A stretch of DNA of 60,796 bases, from positions 5,730,644 through 5,791,439 of the forward strand of contig NC_057750.1 of NCBI RefSeq assembly GCF_004010195.1, written 5' to 3'. This DNA is from Chiloscyllium plagiosum (Eukaryota). The translations under genes and the position numbers were made by a program. The notes below the pieces were generated by a model. The model ran no database searches and had not been told where the DNA came from. It saw only the letters and a program-made list of their open reading frames with translations. Below are positions 1-12,254 of the stretch, in pieces. Every line of letters begins with the position of its first letter. Within the stretch, counting starts at the first letter, position 1.

Positions 1-462
1 CAGACACCGCCTAGATCCCAGCCCAACTCCCCCCCCCACCCCCCACAGGTGGTGTTTCAATAAACACAGGTGTCTCATTCTTGTCAGGAACTGGCTGAAC
101 CAGGGCCTCCATCCCAGCCTCCGGCTATTTCTCTGTCTGGGTGCTTTTGGTAACCTCGCGACCTCGCTGTCTGGTCATCTGGGGTCAAGGAATCCCTTTC
201 AGCTGGGAAAGAAGCTTTGAGAGTGACCCTGACCCTCACAGACCCAGACTGTGGGACCTGTGATTGCCTGTTTCCAACTCAGTGAATCCTTCCAGCTCTG
301 GGTGTCGTTTGACAGAGACAGACTTTACAAGAATCATTAGGGAGGTTTGGATTAAATTGAGTCACCATTGCTTCACATTCCCAACCCATTCTTTCTCCTG
401 AACACGGGGTTTTAATCCACCGTCCTTGCTAACTGTGTTCACTGCCTGTTCCTGGCAGATTA

Positions 463-772
463 GGGTGGCACGGTGGCTCGGTGGTTAGCACTGCTACCTC
501 ACAGCGCCAGGGACCCAGGTTCGATTCCAGCCTCAGGTGACTGTCTGTGTGGAGTTTGCACCTTTTTCCCCGTGTCTGCGTGGGTGTGCTCTGGTTTCCT
601 CCCACAGTCCAAAGACGTGCAGGGCAGGTGAATTGGCCGTGCTAAATTGCCCACGGTGTTAGGTGCATTAGTCAGAGAGAAGTGGGTCTGGATGGGTTAC
701 TCTTCGGAGGGTCGGTGTGGACTTGTTGGGCCGAAGGGCCTGTTTCCACGCTGTAGGGAATCTAACCTAATC
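463..772 (+). mobile_element. HE1/V-SINE-type tRNA-derived SINE
   Basis: tRNA-like head (box A TGGCTCGGTGG, box B GGTTCGATTCC), V-domain gtgtggagtttgcac...ccacagtccaaaga, CR1-type tail gggccgaagggcctgtttcc, (tctaa) end. Confidence 0.9.
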
Positions 773-1390
773 CCCAACTGCACCCCTGAAGGGGCCAGTT
801 GTATTTCCTGCACCGAGTGACCATGAAACATGCTGGGGAATCCTGAGGTGATGTACGTTGCTGAATAAATGCACTTTGGCTGTTTCTCTTCATTTATGAA
901 CCCACAATGTGAAAATGCGGACATCCTCTGTTTACCCGGGATTCCACAGACACTCGGAGTTTGGGGACCCGTGACATGTTTTACGAGACCACAAAATTCA
1001 ACAGTCACTGTTTGCCGCTCGGGTTTAAGGTTTACCGAGAGCTTTTTAAAATCAGTTTTATGGGATGTGAGTGTCACTGGGTGAGGCCATCATTTGTTGC
1101 CCATCTTCTATTTTTGAGTTGATTTATTATTGTCACACGTACAGTGAAAAGTTTTGTTTTGCAGATCATACCATACAAAATGCACTGGGGTAATAAAACA
1201 GAACAAAGATACCACGTTACAGCTGCAGAATAGGTTCACAAAGAGTGAGATTAACATTAAATTTGAGAGGCCCATTCAGAAGTCAAATAACAGCAGCAAA
1301 GAATCTGTTCTGGAATCTCTAGTTGCCCTTTAACTGAGTGGGTTGTTCGGCCATTTCAGAAGGCAGTTAAGAATCAGCTACATTGCTATG

Positions 1391-1659
1391 GAAGAATTTT
1401 TTTTGGCTAACTGGAACACTATCAATAAACCCATTGACTTGGATCCCATATACCATCCCCTGTGAAAAAGAACAGGAAATGGCATCACCATAGGAAATGA
1501 TGTATCTACAGGAAATGATGTCACCAACCCCAGGAAACCCAAACCTAAAAATAGAAACACCCGCAGTGCTTCATCCAGAGGCTCACTGAAGATGTTACCC
1601 AGTATGGTGACACAACGTCTGAAAATGAACCTTCCAGCTCAGCGAGCAAATGTATATCT
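1391..1659 (+). mobile_element. Penelope-like 3' fragment with a decayed hammerhead motif, inserted into an older SINE-like repeat
   Basis: Similar to 55880-56110 (ends cagctcagcgagcaaa); flanked by ttgctatgga/ttgctgtgga direct repeats. Confidence 0.7.
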
Positions 1660-1934
1660 GTTGCTGTGGACGTAGAGTCCCATGTGGGCCAGACCAGGTG
1701 AGGATGGCAGATTTCCTTCTCTGACGGCTATCAGTGAACCAGATGGGTCTTGAAATAACCATTGATAGTTTCATGGCCACCATCACCAAGATCAGCTTTC
1801 AGTTCCAGATTTACTAAGTGAATTTGGATTTTACTTGCTGGGATTTGAACACATGCTCCCAGAGTATTAGCTCAGGCCACTAAACGACTAGCCCAGTGAT
1901 ATTACCAGTCAGTCATTATCAGTCATTATCCCTT

Positions 1935-2592
1935 GGTTTGTTAGAGTTAGAATTAGGTTAAGTTTGGGTTGAAGTTGGGGTTGGGTTGAGTTAGAAACGT
2001 TAAGTCTAGGAGCAGGAGGAGGCCATTTGGCCCTTTGAGCCTGCGCCACCAACCAGTATGATCATGGCTGATCCTTTCTGTCAGAAACTTACATCCTCTC
2101 CATGACCTTATGTTTGGTTTAGGGTTAGGGTTATTAGTGCGTTTGGATTAGGGTTACCATTTGGCTTGGATCATTAGGGTTGGGTTGGCTTTGGTTAAGG
2201 TTTAGGATTAAAGTTAGGTTTACGACTGGGTTAAGGTTAGGGGTGGTACACTGGTTAGCACTACTGCCTCACAGCACCAGGGACCCAGGTTCAATTCCAG
2301 CCTTGGGCAGCTGACGGTGTGGAGTTTGCACGTTCTCCCCATGTCTGCATGGGTGTGCTCCAGTTTCCTTCCACAGTCCAAAGATGCGCAGGTTAGGGTG
2401 GATTGGCTATGGGAAATTGCCCCGTAGTGTCCAGGGATATGTTGGGTGTGGCCTGCTTCCACACTGTAGAGCTTCTGTGACGTTCGCTTTTGGTATAATC
2501 TATTTAAATTGGTTGGTTTTACTCCTCAGAGTCCCAGTTTGGGGCATTTGAATTTTGGATGGAAAGGTTGCGGTTAGGATTAGGGTTAGGGT
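1935..2592 (+). repeat. Degenerate (TTAGGG)-like tract interrupted by repeat insertions
   Basis: ttagggttaggg, ttaggattagggttaggg and ttgggtt variants at 1935-1995, 2110-2242 and 2565-2592. Confidence 0.6.
2240..2470 (+). mobile_element. HE1/V-SINE-type SINE (internally deleted)
   Basis: Same head and V-domain as 463-772. Confidence 0.85.
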
Positions 2593-2802
2593 CAACGTGC
2601 ATTGGTAACCACGAGGAGACAACACAGGCAGAAGCAATTTGGATCCTTTGTTGTCCTGATAGCCTGCAAGCACCATTTCGGAGAGAGGGGGGGAATGTTG
2701 TAAATTGGTTACTCCTGCCTCACCCTTGGGTTCCAACGCCGTCTTTCTCTCCCCTGAGGGTGGGGTGGAGCTATCAGGAACGTACAGACACTGGACCTTC
2801 TT

Positions 2803-3113
2803 GCATGGTGGCTCAGTGGTTACCACTGCTGCCTTACAGCACCAGGGTCCCAGGTTCGGTTCCAGCCTCGGGCGACTGTGTGAAGTTTGCACATTCTCTG
2901 CGTGTTTGTGTGGGTTTCCTCCAGGTGCTCCGGTTTCCTCCCACAGTCCAAAAGATGTGCAGGTTAGGTAGTTTGGCCATGCTAAATTGCCCATAGTGTT
3001 AGGTGCATTAGTCAAAGGGAAATGAGCCTGGGTGGATTACTCTTCGGAGGGTCGGTATGGGCTGGTTGGGCTGAAGGGCCTGTTTCCACACTGTAGGGAA
3101 TCTAATCTAATCT
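2803..3113 (+). mobile_element. HE1/V-SINE-type SINE
   Basis: Head, V-domain, CR1 tail, tctaatctaatcta end. Confidence 0.9.
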
Positions 3114-3239
3114 ACCTCTGAGGTGTTCAAAGTAGGTCGGGAGAAGCTTTCCCACTTGTGAAAAGACCGAGATTTAAGAAAATACAAAAGTAATTGGGGA
3201 AAGAATTCCTTTTGATCCGGTGAGTGGCTAAGCCGTTAC

Positions 3240-3583
3240 CATAGATCTTTGAAAGTTGCCACTCAGGTGGATAGAGCTTGTAAGAAGGCCTATCGTGTAT
3301 TAGCGTTCATTAGCAGAGGGATTGAATTCAAGAGTCGTGAAGTGATGTTGCAACTGTACAGGACTTTGGTTAGGCCACATTTGGAGTACTGTGTGCAGTT
3401 CCGATCGCCTCACTTTAGGAAAGATGTGGAAGCTTTGCAGAGAAGATTTACCAGGATTTTGCCTGGAATGGAGAATAGGTCGTACGAGGATAGGTTGAGA
3501 GTNNNNNNNNNNNNNNNNNNAAATGTTCGGCACAACATTGTGGGCCGAAGGGCCTGTTCTGTGCTGTATTGTTCTATGTTCTA
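3240..3583 (+). mobile_element. CR1 LINE 3' fragment containing an 18-N gap
   Basis: ORF motif LYRTLVRPHLEYCVQF.SP; tail ttctatgttcta; Ns at 3503-3520. Confidence 0.9.
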
Positions 3584-3719
3584 CCAGTGCTGTCCGTGAG
3601 TGGTGCAGGGAGCTATCAGAAGAGAATTTGACTCTTATCTGAAAGAAAGTCCTGGTGCTAGGGAGAAGGCAGGGAACTGTAGTCATTCTGAGATTCTGTG
3701 AACATCCACGTTACACTAT

Positions 3720-4500
3720 ATAGAGTCACACAGCATGGAAATTGACCCCTTTGGTCCCACCAGTCCATGCCAAACATAATCCCACATTAAACTAGTCCCA
3801 CCTGCCTGCCCATGGCCCACATCTCTCTAAACCTCTCTTATTCATGTACTAATCCAAATGTCTTTTAAATGTTGTAATTCTATCCACAATCACCACTTCC
3901 TCTGGAAGTTCATTCCACAGGCCAACAACCCTCTTGAGTAAAAAGAATTGCCCCTCTGGTCTTTTTAAAATCTCTTTCCTCTCACCTTAAAAATATGCCC
4001 CCTAGTTTTGAATTGCCCCATCCTAGGCAAAAGACAACTACCATTAACTCTATCTATAAGGTCACCTTAGGGTGGCATGGTGGCTCACTACTGCCTCACC
4101 ACACCAGGGTCCCAGGTTCGATTCCAGCCTCGGGCGCCTGTATGGAGGTTGCACGTTCTCCCCGTGTCTGCGTGGGTTTCCTCCGGGTGCTCCGGTTTCC
4201 TCCCACAATCTAAAGATGTGTAGGTCAGGTGGATTGGCCATGGGAAATTGTGCATAGTGTTAGGTGCGTAAGTCAGAGGGAATTGGGTCTGGGTGGGTTA
4301 CTCTGTGGAGTGGATTTGTTGGACCAAATGCCCTGTTTCTACACTGTAGGCAATCTAATATAATCACCTCTCAACCTCCTATGTGCCAGTGAAATATGTC
4401 CCAGGCTATCCAGCCTTTCACTATAACTCAAACCTTCCATACCTGGCAATATTCTGGGTCAATCACTTCTGCACCCTCTTAACAGTATCCTTCCTATAAC
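3720..4500 (-). mobile_element. CR1 3' fragment interrupted by a + strand SINE (4070-4360)
   Basis: CR1 tail and ORF2 C-terminal sequence resume after the SINE. Confidence 0.8.
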
Positions 4501-4813
4501 TAGCAGAAAGGCCTCTTTAAAGGGGTTGTAAAAGATAAACCACCTGAGTTGGATTGTGAGAAGGTAACTCTTGGATTGCTAGGTTCACCCAGTCTCTGGC
4601 TTCGATCTCCTGCAGTGTATTCCCACCACTTTTCCCTTCTAACTTCGTAGTGCATATTCTAAACCCCTAGCCCTGTCCAAATCCACCTTTCCTGGTTTTG
4701 GGTGAACACAGTTGCATTTTCCTGGAAAACTCTTTTTGTCCACCTAGTGTTAAATGATGTTCATCTTGTAATCTGAAATATAACAGTTAAGTTAGGGGTG
4801 TGCTGTTAACTCA

Positions 4814-5185
4814 GAGAAAGTGAGGACTGCAGATGATGGAGATCAGAGTCAAAAAGTGGTATCTTCCCTCATATGGAACTTGGTATTTTCTGATAAACAT
4901 TCTGATGAACAGCTTATGCTTGAAACATCAACTCTCCTGCTCCTTGGATGCTGCCTGACTGGCTGTGCTTTTCCAGCACCACACGTGTGCTGTTAATTGT
5001 TGGACTATCACTTACACACCCATTTCCCATTGTCTCTCCCAGCCTGTCTCAACACCTTCCAGGAGAAAGTGAGGTCTGCAGATGCTGGAGATCAGAGCTG
5101 GAAATGTGTTGCTGGAAAAGCGCAGCAGGTCAGGCAGCATCCAGGGAACAGGGGAATCGACGGTTCGGGCATAAGCCCTTCTTCA
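4814..5185. mobile_element. Two short Penelope-derived elements (gagaaagtgaggactgcagatgctgg family) with hammerhead-like cores
   Basis: ctgatgaacagcttatgcttgaaacatc at 4902-4929 (+); mutated core on - at ~5157-5186. Confidence 0.7.
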
Positions 5186-5319
5186 ACACCTTCCAGACTC
5201 ATGACAGTGACAAATTGACAGTGAAACAAACACAGTCTCTCTGGTACTTACTGCTGTCAAAAGCTCTGCACCATTCCATAGAGTGAGTGCAATGAAAATT
5301 CACCAGATTGTACACACTT

Positions 5320-5840
5320 CAGGAGAGATTGAAGAGACTAGGGCTGTATTACTGGGAGTTCAGACAAACAAGAGGTGATCTCATTCATAGTTTACAAGAA
5401 TTTTTACAGGGTAGATGCAGGAATAATGTTCACCCTCCCGGTTAGAGATTAGGGAGAGGGTCAAGAACCAGGGGACATGGTCTTAGAATAAGAAGTGGAC
5501 CATCGAGGACTGAGATGAGGAGTAATTTCTTCACAGAGAGGATGGGGAATCTTTGGAATTCTCTATCCCCTAGCGTTGAGTTTGTTCAAGACAGATTAAT
5601 ATCGAGAAGTCTGGCAAAGATATCAAGAGATATGATACCCAAAGGGAGAAATCTGTAATATTTGGAAGTGAAATTACTGGAATCCTATTTGAAGTATTCA
5701 GGACGACTGTGTATCATTTGCAAGTTTTAATGGTTTGATAGTGCAGGAAAATAGCATCCAGGTAGTTGATCAGCTATAATCTAGGTGGACAGCAGAGTAA
5801 GCTTGAGGGGCCAAATGATCTACTCCCGCTCCTATTTCCT
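5320..5840 (+). mobile_element. Old CR1 3' fragment
   Basis: agaggtgatctcatt...gagatgaggagtaatttcttcacagagagg; tail tactcccgctcctatttc. Confidence 0.7.
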
Positions 5841-6137
5841 GTGGTCTTACCTTATCACTATTGCTCTCTCCCTCACTGTCTATATCTGTTTCTCACCATC
5901 AATCCCCCCTTCCCTCCCTCTATCGTGCTCTGCTGTAATCCCTTTCTATTATTCGATATTTTGGTATCACACTCTCAGTTTTCTTTCCCCGTTACATTCA
6001 CTTCTTCAGCTCCCTCAGGGCTGTCAGTCTTTAATGCTTGAGTATTGATTAAAATCTCGTGTTCCAATTCCTCCCCAGATTTGATTGCCATCCTCTCTCA
6101 AACCTTAATCTTCACAACCCTCTGAAATCTCTGCCTT

Positions 6138-6735
6138 CATCGGTCAAAACATTGAATATAGGAGTTGGAATGTCATGTTACAGCCCGACAAGACATTGGT
6201 GAGGCCACCTATAGAGTACTGCATACAATTCTGGATGCCTTGCTATAGGAAGAATGTGATTAAACTGCAAGAAAGATTTACAAGGATGTTACTGAGCCTA
6301 AAAGATTTGAATTATAAAGAGAGGCTGAACAGGCTGGGACATGTTTCCCTTGGAGCGTAGGAGGCCGAGGGCTGACCTTCTACAGGTGTATAAAATCATG
6401 AGGGGCATGGATAGGGCGAATGGCCAAGGTCTTTTCCCAGGGTAGGGAAGTCCAGAATTAAAGGGAATAGGTTTAATGTGAGAGGGGTAAGATTTACAAA
6501 GGACCTAAGGGGCAACTTTTTCACGCAGAGGGTGGTGCGTATGCGGAGTGAACTGCCAGAGGAAGTGGTAGACGCAGGTACAGTTACAACATTTAAAAGA
6601 CATTTGGACAGGTACATGGATAGGAAAGGTTTAGGAGGGATATGGGCCAAGCGTAGGCAAATGGGACTAGTTCGGTTTAGGAAACTTGGTGGGCATGGAC
6701 AAGTTGGACTGAAGGGCCTGTTTCTGTGCTATAGG
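6138..6735 (+). mobile_element. CR1 (HER1-like) 3' fragment
   Basis: LVRPPIEYCIQFW, DLRGNFFTQRVV, TFKRHLDRYM motifs. Confidence 0.9.
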
Positions 6736-6918
6736 ATTCTACTTCCAGCCTCTTGATTTTAATTGATCCACCATCAACTATACCTTCTGCAGCCTGGTTC
6801 CGAGCTCTAGAATTCTCTCCCTAAACCTTTCTGCCCCCCTCACTCTCTCACTCCTTTGAGTCACTCGTGAAAACCTACCTCATTGACCAAACCTTCTCTC
6901 ATGTAATTTAACATTCTT

Positions 6919-7220
6919 CTAGATTAGATTAGATTACTTACAGTGTGGAAATAGGCCCTTCGGCCCAACAAGTCCACACCGACCCTTCGAAGAGCAACCC
7001 ACCCAGACCCATTCCCCTACATTCACCCCTTCACCTAACATTATGGTCAATTTAGCACGGCCAATTCACCTAACCTGCACATCTTTGGACTGTGGGAGGA
7101 AACCGGAGCACCCGGAGGAAACCCACACAGACACGGGGAGAATGTGCAAACTCCACACAGACAGTTGCCTGAGGCAGGAATTGAACCCGGGTCTCTGGCG
7201 CTGTGAGGCAGCAGTGCTAA
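6919..7220 (-). mobile_element. HE1/V-SINE-type SINE, 5' end cut off at the palindromic element
   Basis: Reverse complement of the family consensus; (tagat)n tail at 6920-6935. Confidence 0.9.
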
Positions 7221-7446
7221 GAGATGCCGGTGTTGGACTGGGGTGTACAAAGTTAAAAATCACACAGCAGCAGGTTATAGTCCAACAGGTTTATTTGGAA
7301 GGACTAGCTTTTGGAGCGGCGCTCCTTCATCAGGTGGTTGTGGAGCATCGCTCTGAAAGCTAGTGCTTCCAATTAAACCTGTTGGACTATAACCTGCTGC
7401 TGTGTGATTTTTAACTTTGTACACCCCAGTCCAACACCGGCATCTC
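7221..7446. mobile_element. Palindromic Penelope-derived element (~105 bp arms) with hammerhead remnant
   Basis: gagatgccggtgttggactggggtgtac... and its reverse complement ...gtacaccccagtccaacaccggcatctc; centre reads cctgatgaaggagc..gctcc(a)aaagcta on -. Confidence 0.8.
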
Positions 7447-9233
7447 CAAATCCTTTTTGTAGCGCAGTGTCAAATTCTGCTTGATGGTCATTGTTGGAGG
7501 CATTTTGGTACATTAAAGCATTACAAGTTTATTCCTCCCCCTCGCCTCCCCCCGACCCACCCCCCCCAACAAAAGCATTATTCAAAACAAAATACACCCT
7601 TTACAGAGAGGCCCCATGCAGACAGGTTGGCAGAGCATGATATCTGCTGATATCACCTCTGTCTGGTAGGTGTTGAGGAGGTTAACACCAGTGTTAACTG
7701 AAAGCCTGGAGGGTTGTAAAAGGGATTAGTGACTCTTGTCTGTCTGCTACTAATACCTTGGGAATGAAAAATCTTCTCACAGAGAAAAGCTCCATTTACA
7801 GAGTCACAGACACAGCCAAATTCCCCTTCATCTCCACAACATCTAACTTTACTCTGTGGTGGGGGGTGGAGGATAATGAATTATCTTATTCTCTCTGACA
7901 GTCTACTTTCTGTGCTCCCTCCTGCTGAACTTTAGCCCTGTAGAGCTCAAGTGTGACCTTTGTTTCTTTAATTTAAAAACACAGAGTTTAGGATAACGGC
8001 TAGGCCATTCGGCCCATCGAGCCTGCTCTGCCATTCAGTATGATCATGGCTGCTCGAGGGATTCAACTGCATTTTCCTTCTCGCTCCCCATTATCCTTGA
8101 TTCACCCAGAGACCAAGTATGTATCTATCCCAGCCTTCAACATTAGAGGACCCGCAATCCTCTAGGGTAGAGGATTTCAAAAATTCAGAACCCTTTGCAC
8201 GAAAAGATTCCTCATTTTCAGTTTCCAGATCAGCAACGCCTTATCCTGAGACTGTGTTCCCTGAGTTAGAACATAGAATATTCCAGCGCAGTACAGGCCC
8301 TTCGGCCCTCGATGTTGCGCTGACCTGTGAAACTAATCTGAAGCCCATCTAACCTACATTATTTCATTATCATCCATACGTTTATCCAATGACCATTTAA
8401 ATGCCCTTAAAGTTGGCAGGTCCATTACTGTTGCAAGCAGGGCGTTCCACAGCCTCACTACTCTAAGTAAAGAACCTTTCCTCTAATGTCTGTCCTAGAT
8501 CTATGACAGATTCCCCAGGGCCAGGGGGGAATAAATCTGTGTCAATCCCCTTCATCTTCAGAGTCTGGATTATTTAATGAAATCTCTTCTCATTCTTCTA
8601 GAATGTAAAGAATATTAGCCCAATTTACACAGCCTCTCATTGCAGGACAACTCCCACATCTGAAGGGGCCAATCCAGTGAAGTTTTGCTGTTTCCCTTTC
8701 AATGAAAAGGTACTCTTCCTTCAACACCGAGGAGGCGGGGGGGGGGAGGCAAAACAGCTCGCAGCACTCCAGCTCTGACAAAACTAACTGCTTTAGAAAA
8801 GCTAGCAATGGTGTGCTGATTTGAGGGGAGGGCTGAAGTTTGTCTAAAAGAGACTTGTATTTTCGCAGTGCCACACATAACCCCTGGCCATCCCAAAAGT
8901 TTGTGACCAATTTTGTCAGCAGCGTTTTAGGGAATGCAGCAGGTCACTAGCACACAGTGGGAACCCACACACAGCAGTGTGGCTGTGACTGGATTGTCTA
9001 CTTCAGGTTTTTTGTCGAGGGATAAATATTAGTGCCAGGCAGTGTCAAGAACTGCTCTGGACATGTTTGAATGCACTGAGAAAGAGACCTTTCCATATGA
9101 CAACACCTCTAGCATCTCTAGCACTTGGTGCAACAGCCTGGGTGGAGTTGTTCGGATTTCATGAGTGACATTTGAACCAATGAACCTCTGAGTCAGATTG
9201 ATAAGGATTAAACATAAAATATGCAAAGCAGCT

Positions 9234-9490
9234 AGGTTTAAGATGAGAGGGGAAAAGATTTAAAAGGGACCTAAAGGACAACTTTTTTCACACAGAAGGC
9301 GGCGTATGTAAGGAATGAGCTGCCAGAGGTGGATATAATCACAACATTTAAAAGACATTTGGACAGGTACATGGACAGGACAGGTTTAGAGAGGGATGGG
9401 CCAAAGACAGGTAAATAGGAGAGGTTCTGTTCAGGAAACCAGGTCGGCATAGACAAGTTGGGCCGAAGGGTCTGTTTCTGTGCTGTATGA
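9234..9490 (+). mobile_element. CR1 3' fragment
   Basis: aacatttaaaagacatttggacaggtacatg; tail gggccgaagggtctgtttctgtgctgta. Confidence 0.85.
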
Positions 9491-10192
9491 CACAGGGAAG
9501 GTTGCTACCCACTCTGTTATAGTTGTCTTCAGGCATATGGTAACAGCCCAGAATCTTTCTCTCCCTCCTCAAACCAACTAGTCCTGATGGAAAGTGGAGA
9601 AACGAGAGGATATAGTAACAATGTGCAAATCTACATTAATCTGCCTGTGTTTCTGCTTTCCTCCTCCAATTCTATGCCCCTGCCTTGCGTAGGCTAAGAT
9701 TCCATTTGACAGGAGCTCTGTATCCAGCTTGTGTGACTGCCTCTGGCTGAGGCTGCTCAACTGTGGAGGCATCACTGTCTGTGTTTGTACTTAATTTCAC
9801 TTGCCAGCGGTTGGGAGCATTCTCAAACCTGACTTTTTCCGTTGCTGGGATGAGCCAGTTTAGAATGTAGCAAACACCAAGAGTCAGGATCTTAAGTGAA
9901 GAATTGTTAACATGCGTTTTGTGTGGCACCATTAGCAGAGTAAAAGGGTCCTCCTGTGGTGCAGTGGGAACGTCCTTACCCCTGGACGGGGAGGCCCGGG
10001 TTCAAGTGCCAAATGCTCCAGAGGTGTGTAATAATGTCTCTGAACGGGTTGATTAGAAAAATAATAAAACATCAGAGCATTTCAGAGGGGCGTTGTCAAA
10101 CTAAATTCGACAGAGCCACACAAGGCGGTGTTGAGAGAGGTGTCCAAAAGTGTGTTCAAAGAAATGGATTTTAGCAAGTATCTAGAAGAGAT

Positions 10193-10514
10193 AGGGTGGC
10201 ACGGTGGCTCAGTGGTTAGCACTGCTGCCTCACAGCACCAGGGACCCAGGTTCGATTCCAGCCTCGGGTGACCGTCTGTGTGTAGTTTGCACATTCTCCT
10301 CGTGTCTGCATGGGTTCCCTCCGGGTGCTCCGGTTTCCTCCCACAGTCCAAAGATGTGCAGGTTAGGGTGAATTGACCATACTAAATTGTCTATAGTGTT
10401 AGGTATATTAGTCAGGAGTAAATGCAGGGGAATGGGTCTGGGTGGGTTACTGTTCGGAGGGTTGCTGTGGACTTGTTGGGCCGAAGGGCCTGTTTCCACA
10501 CTGTAGGGAATCTG
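10193..10514 (+). mobile_element. HE1/V-SINE-type SINE, full length
   Basis: ggtggcacggtggctcagtggttagc head through the CR1 tail. Confidence 0.92.
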
Positions 10515-10689
10515 AAGAGGAGAGAGAAGCAGAGATGCTTCCAAAAGAAATTCCAGAGCCTGGGGCCCAGGCAGTTGAAGGCACGACTGGTGTAGGGGAG
10601 GCAGTCCTGGCACTTAACCTTGGAGCACCAAGTGCCATGGGGCTCGGAGCAGAGCGGAGATGGTTGTGGGGTTGGGGTCTGGGTAAAAA

Positions 10690-10878
10690 CAATGACTGCA
10701 GATGCTGGAAACCAGATTCTGGATTAGAGTGGTGCTGGAAAAGCACAGCAGGTCAGGCAGCATCCGAGGAGCAGGAAAAATCGACGTTTCTGATGAAGGG
10801 CTTTTGCCTGAAACGTCGATTTTACTGCTCCTTGGATGCTGCCTGAAGTGCTGTGCTTTTCCAGCACCACTAATCCAG
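10690..10878. mobile_element. Palindromic Penelope-derived element with an intact hammerhead core in its loop
   Basis: Arms 10719-10790 and 10810-10878; CTGATGA-A-GGGC-TTTT-GCCT-GAAA-CGTC at 10790-10817. Confidence 0.8.
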
Positions 10879-12254
10879 GGTTGGGGTCTGGTGCAGGCGG
10901 TTAGATCATGTGTGAAGGTCCTGCACTGAGTTGCTACACTGTAATGTCTACTTGAAATTTCCTACCTTACTGCAATGTTAGTGATGTACTATTTTTAACT
11001 TTTAACTCAGTAAGTAATGCAACTACTTTTATTTCTCTGCTGTATCCAAGAATTGTACCTGGGCACTTCCACCTAAGATGTCAGCATGGACAAGTTGGGC
11101 CGAAGGCTCTGAGACTCAGGTAAGATTGCTATCCTCTATGCCACAGTTCTCTACAAGTATACGGTAAGAATCTTTGCTTGGGTGAGGTGACCTGAGGAAC
11201 ATGCTGTCGAGAGGAGATTCTCAGGCAGGGCTCAAAGAAAGGATGAATTCTTTGTAACGATGAAACCTTCCCGCCTCAGTGTTCCAGTGCGGCAGGGTTC
11301 CCCTCTCTCATGGCCGGCTGAGAACAGATCCTACCCACCAGCAGAGCGGCCACTCACTTCACAAGCCACAGTATCCGGCAGGTCAGGAAGATAAGGAAAC
11401 TCACTCCAGTTCCCCCAGCTGGCCTCACAAACCACCAGCAAACACACAGTCACGATGGTCAGTACAGATGGTCATTGTGGTCAGGCTGCAATCGAGCTGA
11501 CACTTCCCACTGACAGCTTTCGTTTCTCACACTCTAGATCTCCCCCCTACCCCCGTTCACTCCTTCCCTCTTGCTCAGCTTCTTCCCAAGGCCAGAGTGG
11601 GGTGGGGGGGGTTGGGAGATTTAGCAGCATCAATCAAGGGACAGATGATCATTCAGCCCCTCCATGCACGTGTGCCCTTCCTTTCTAACATGGCTAATTT
11701 GTACCCAAACTCGCCCCATTCTTAGTCTCAGTGCTGAAATTTTCAATTTGTCCCTCCCCAGTTTTTTGGGTTGAGGTTTTCTGCATCCAGCCCAAACAGA
11801 TCGATATTTTTACTCTCCACGTTAGCACCACCTCATTTTCATCCACATAATCTTTAATGCGTTTCATCTTAATTTGCATCGAGTTTTCCCCTTTAATGCA
11901 CGTGCAAGGCGAATACATTCCCTAAATTTATGGGGGGGATTAATCCCTACCCTAACCCACACCCAGACCGAAACCTCAACGGTCAGGACAAGCATATCTC
12001 TGTCTTCCAGCTTCCCCAGGCAATTCTGTGTCGTTCTCAAAAGGCACTTCCTCAGATTAGCTCTCTCCATCCTCCCCCCAGTGCTCCTGCATTGACAATG
12101 AGTGAGACAGTGGCTATCACTGTTCTGCCAGTAGCAGCAGGGAAATACACAGAAAGCGCAGCCTCAGCATCTACAACCTCAATGCTCGAAGCTGGTGTAG
12201 ACGCTTTGCTCATCAGGTCAGATATAAGCTGTTCCTACTCTGGCAGTGTTTAAT

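Noticed and set aside
463..535. tRNA-like sequences (box A/box B) at the head of many repeats
   Set aside because: They are SINE heads followed by the V-domain and CR1 tail, not standalone tRNA genes
3503..3520. Apparent internal deletion in the CR1 fragment
   Set aside because: It coincides with an 18-N assembly gap
1..12250. Exons of a neighbouring gene (ZNF296/BCL11-like expected from human synteny)
   Set aside because: I found no zinc-finger or other recognisable coding sequence in any frame
11930..12253. + strand ORF containing MSETVAITVLPVAAGK..., superficially histone H1-like, with acceptor-like sites
   Set aside because: No lysine-rich or globular domain, no recognisable homology and no supportable exon chain
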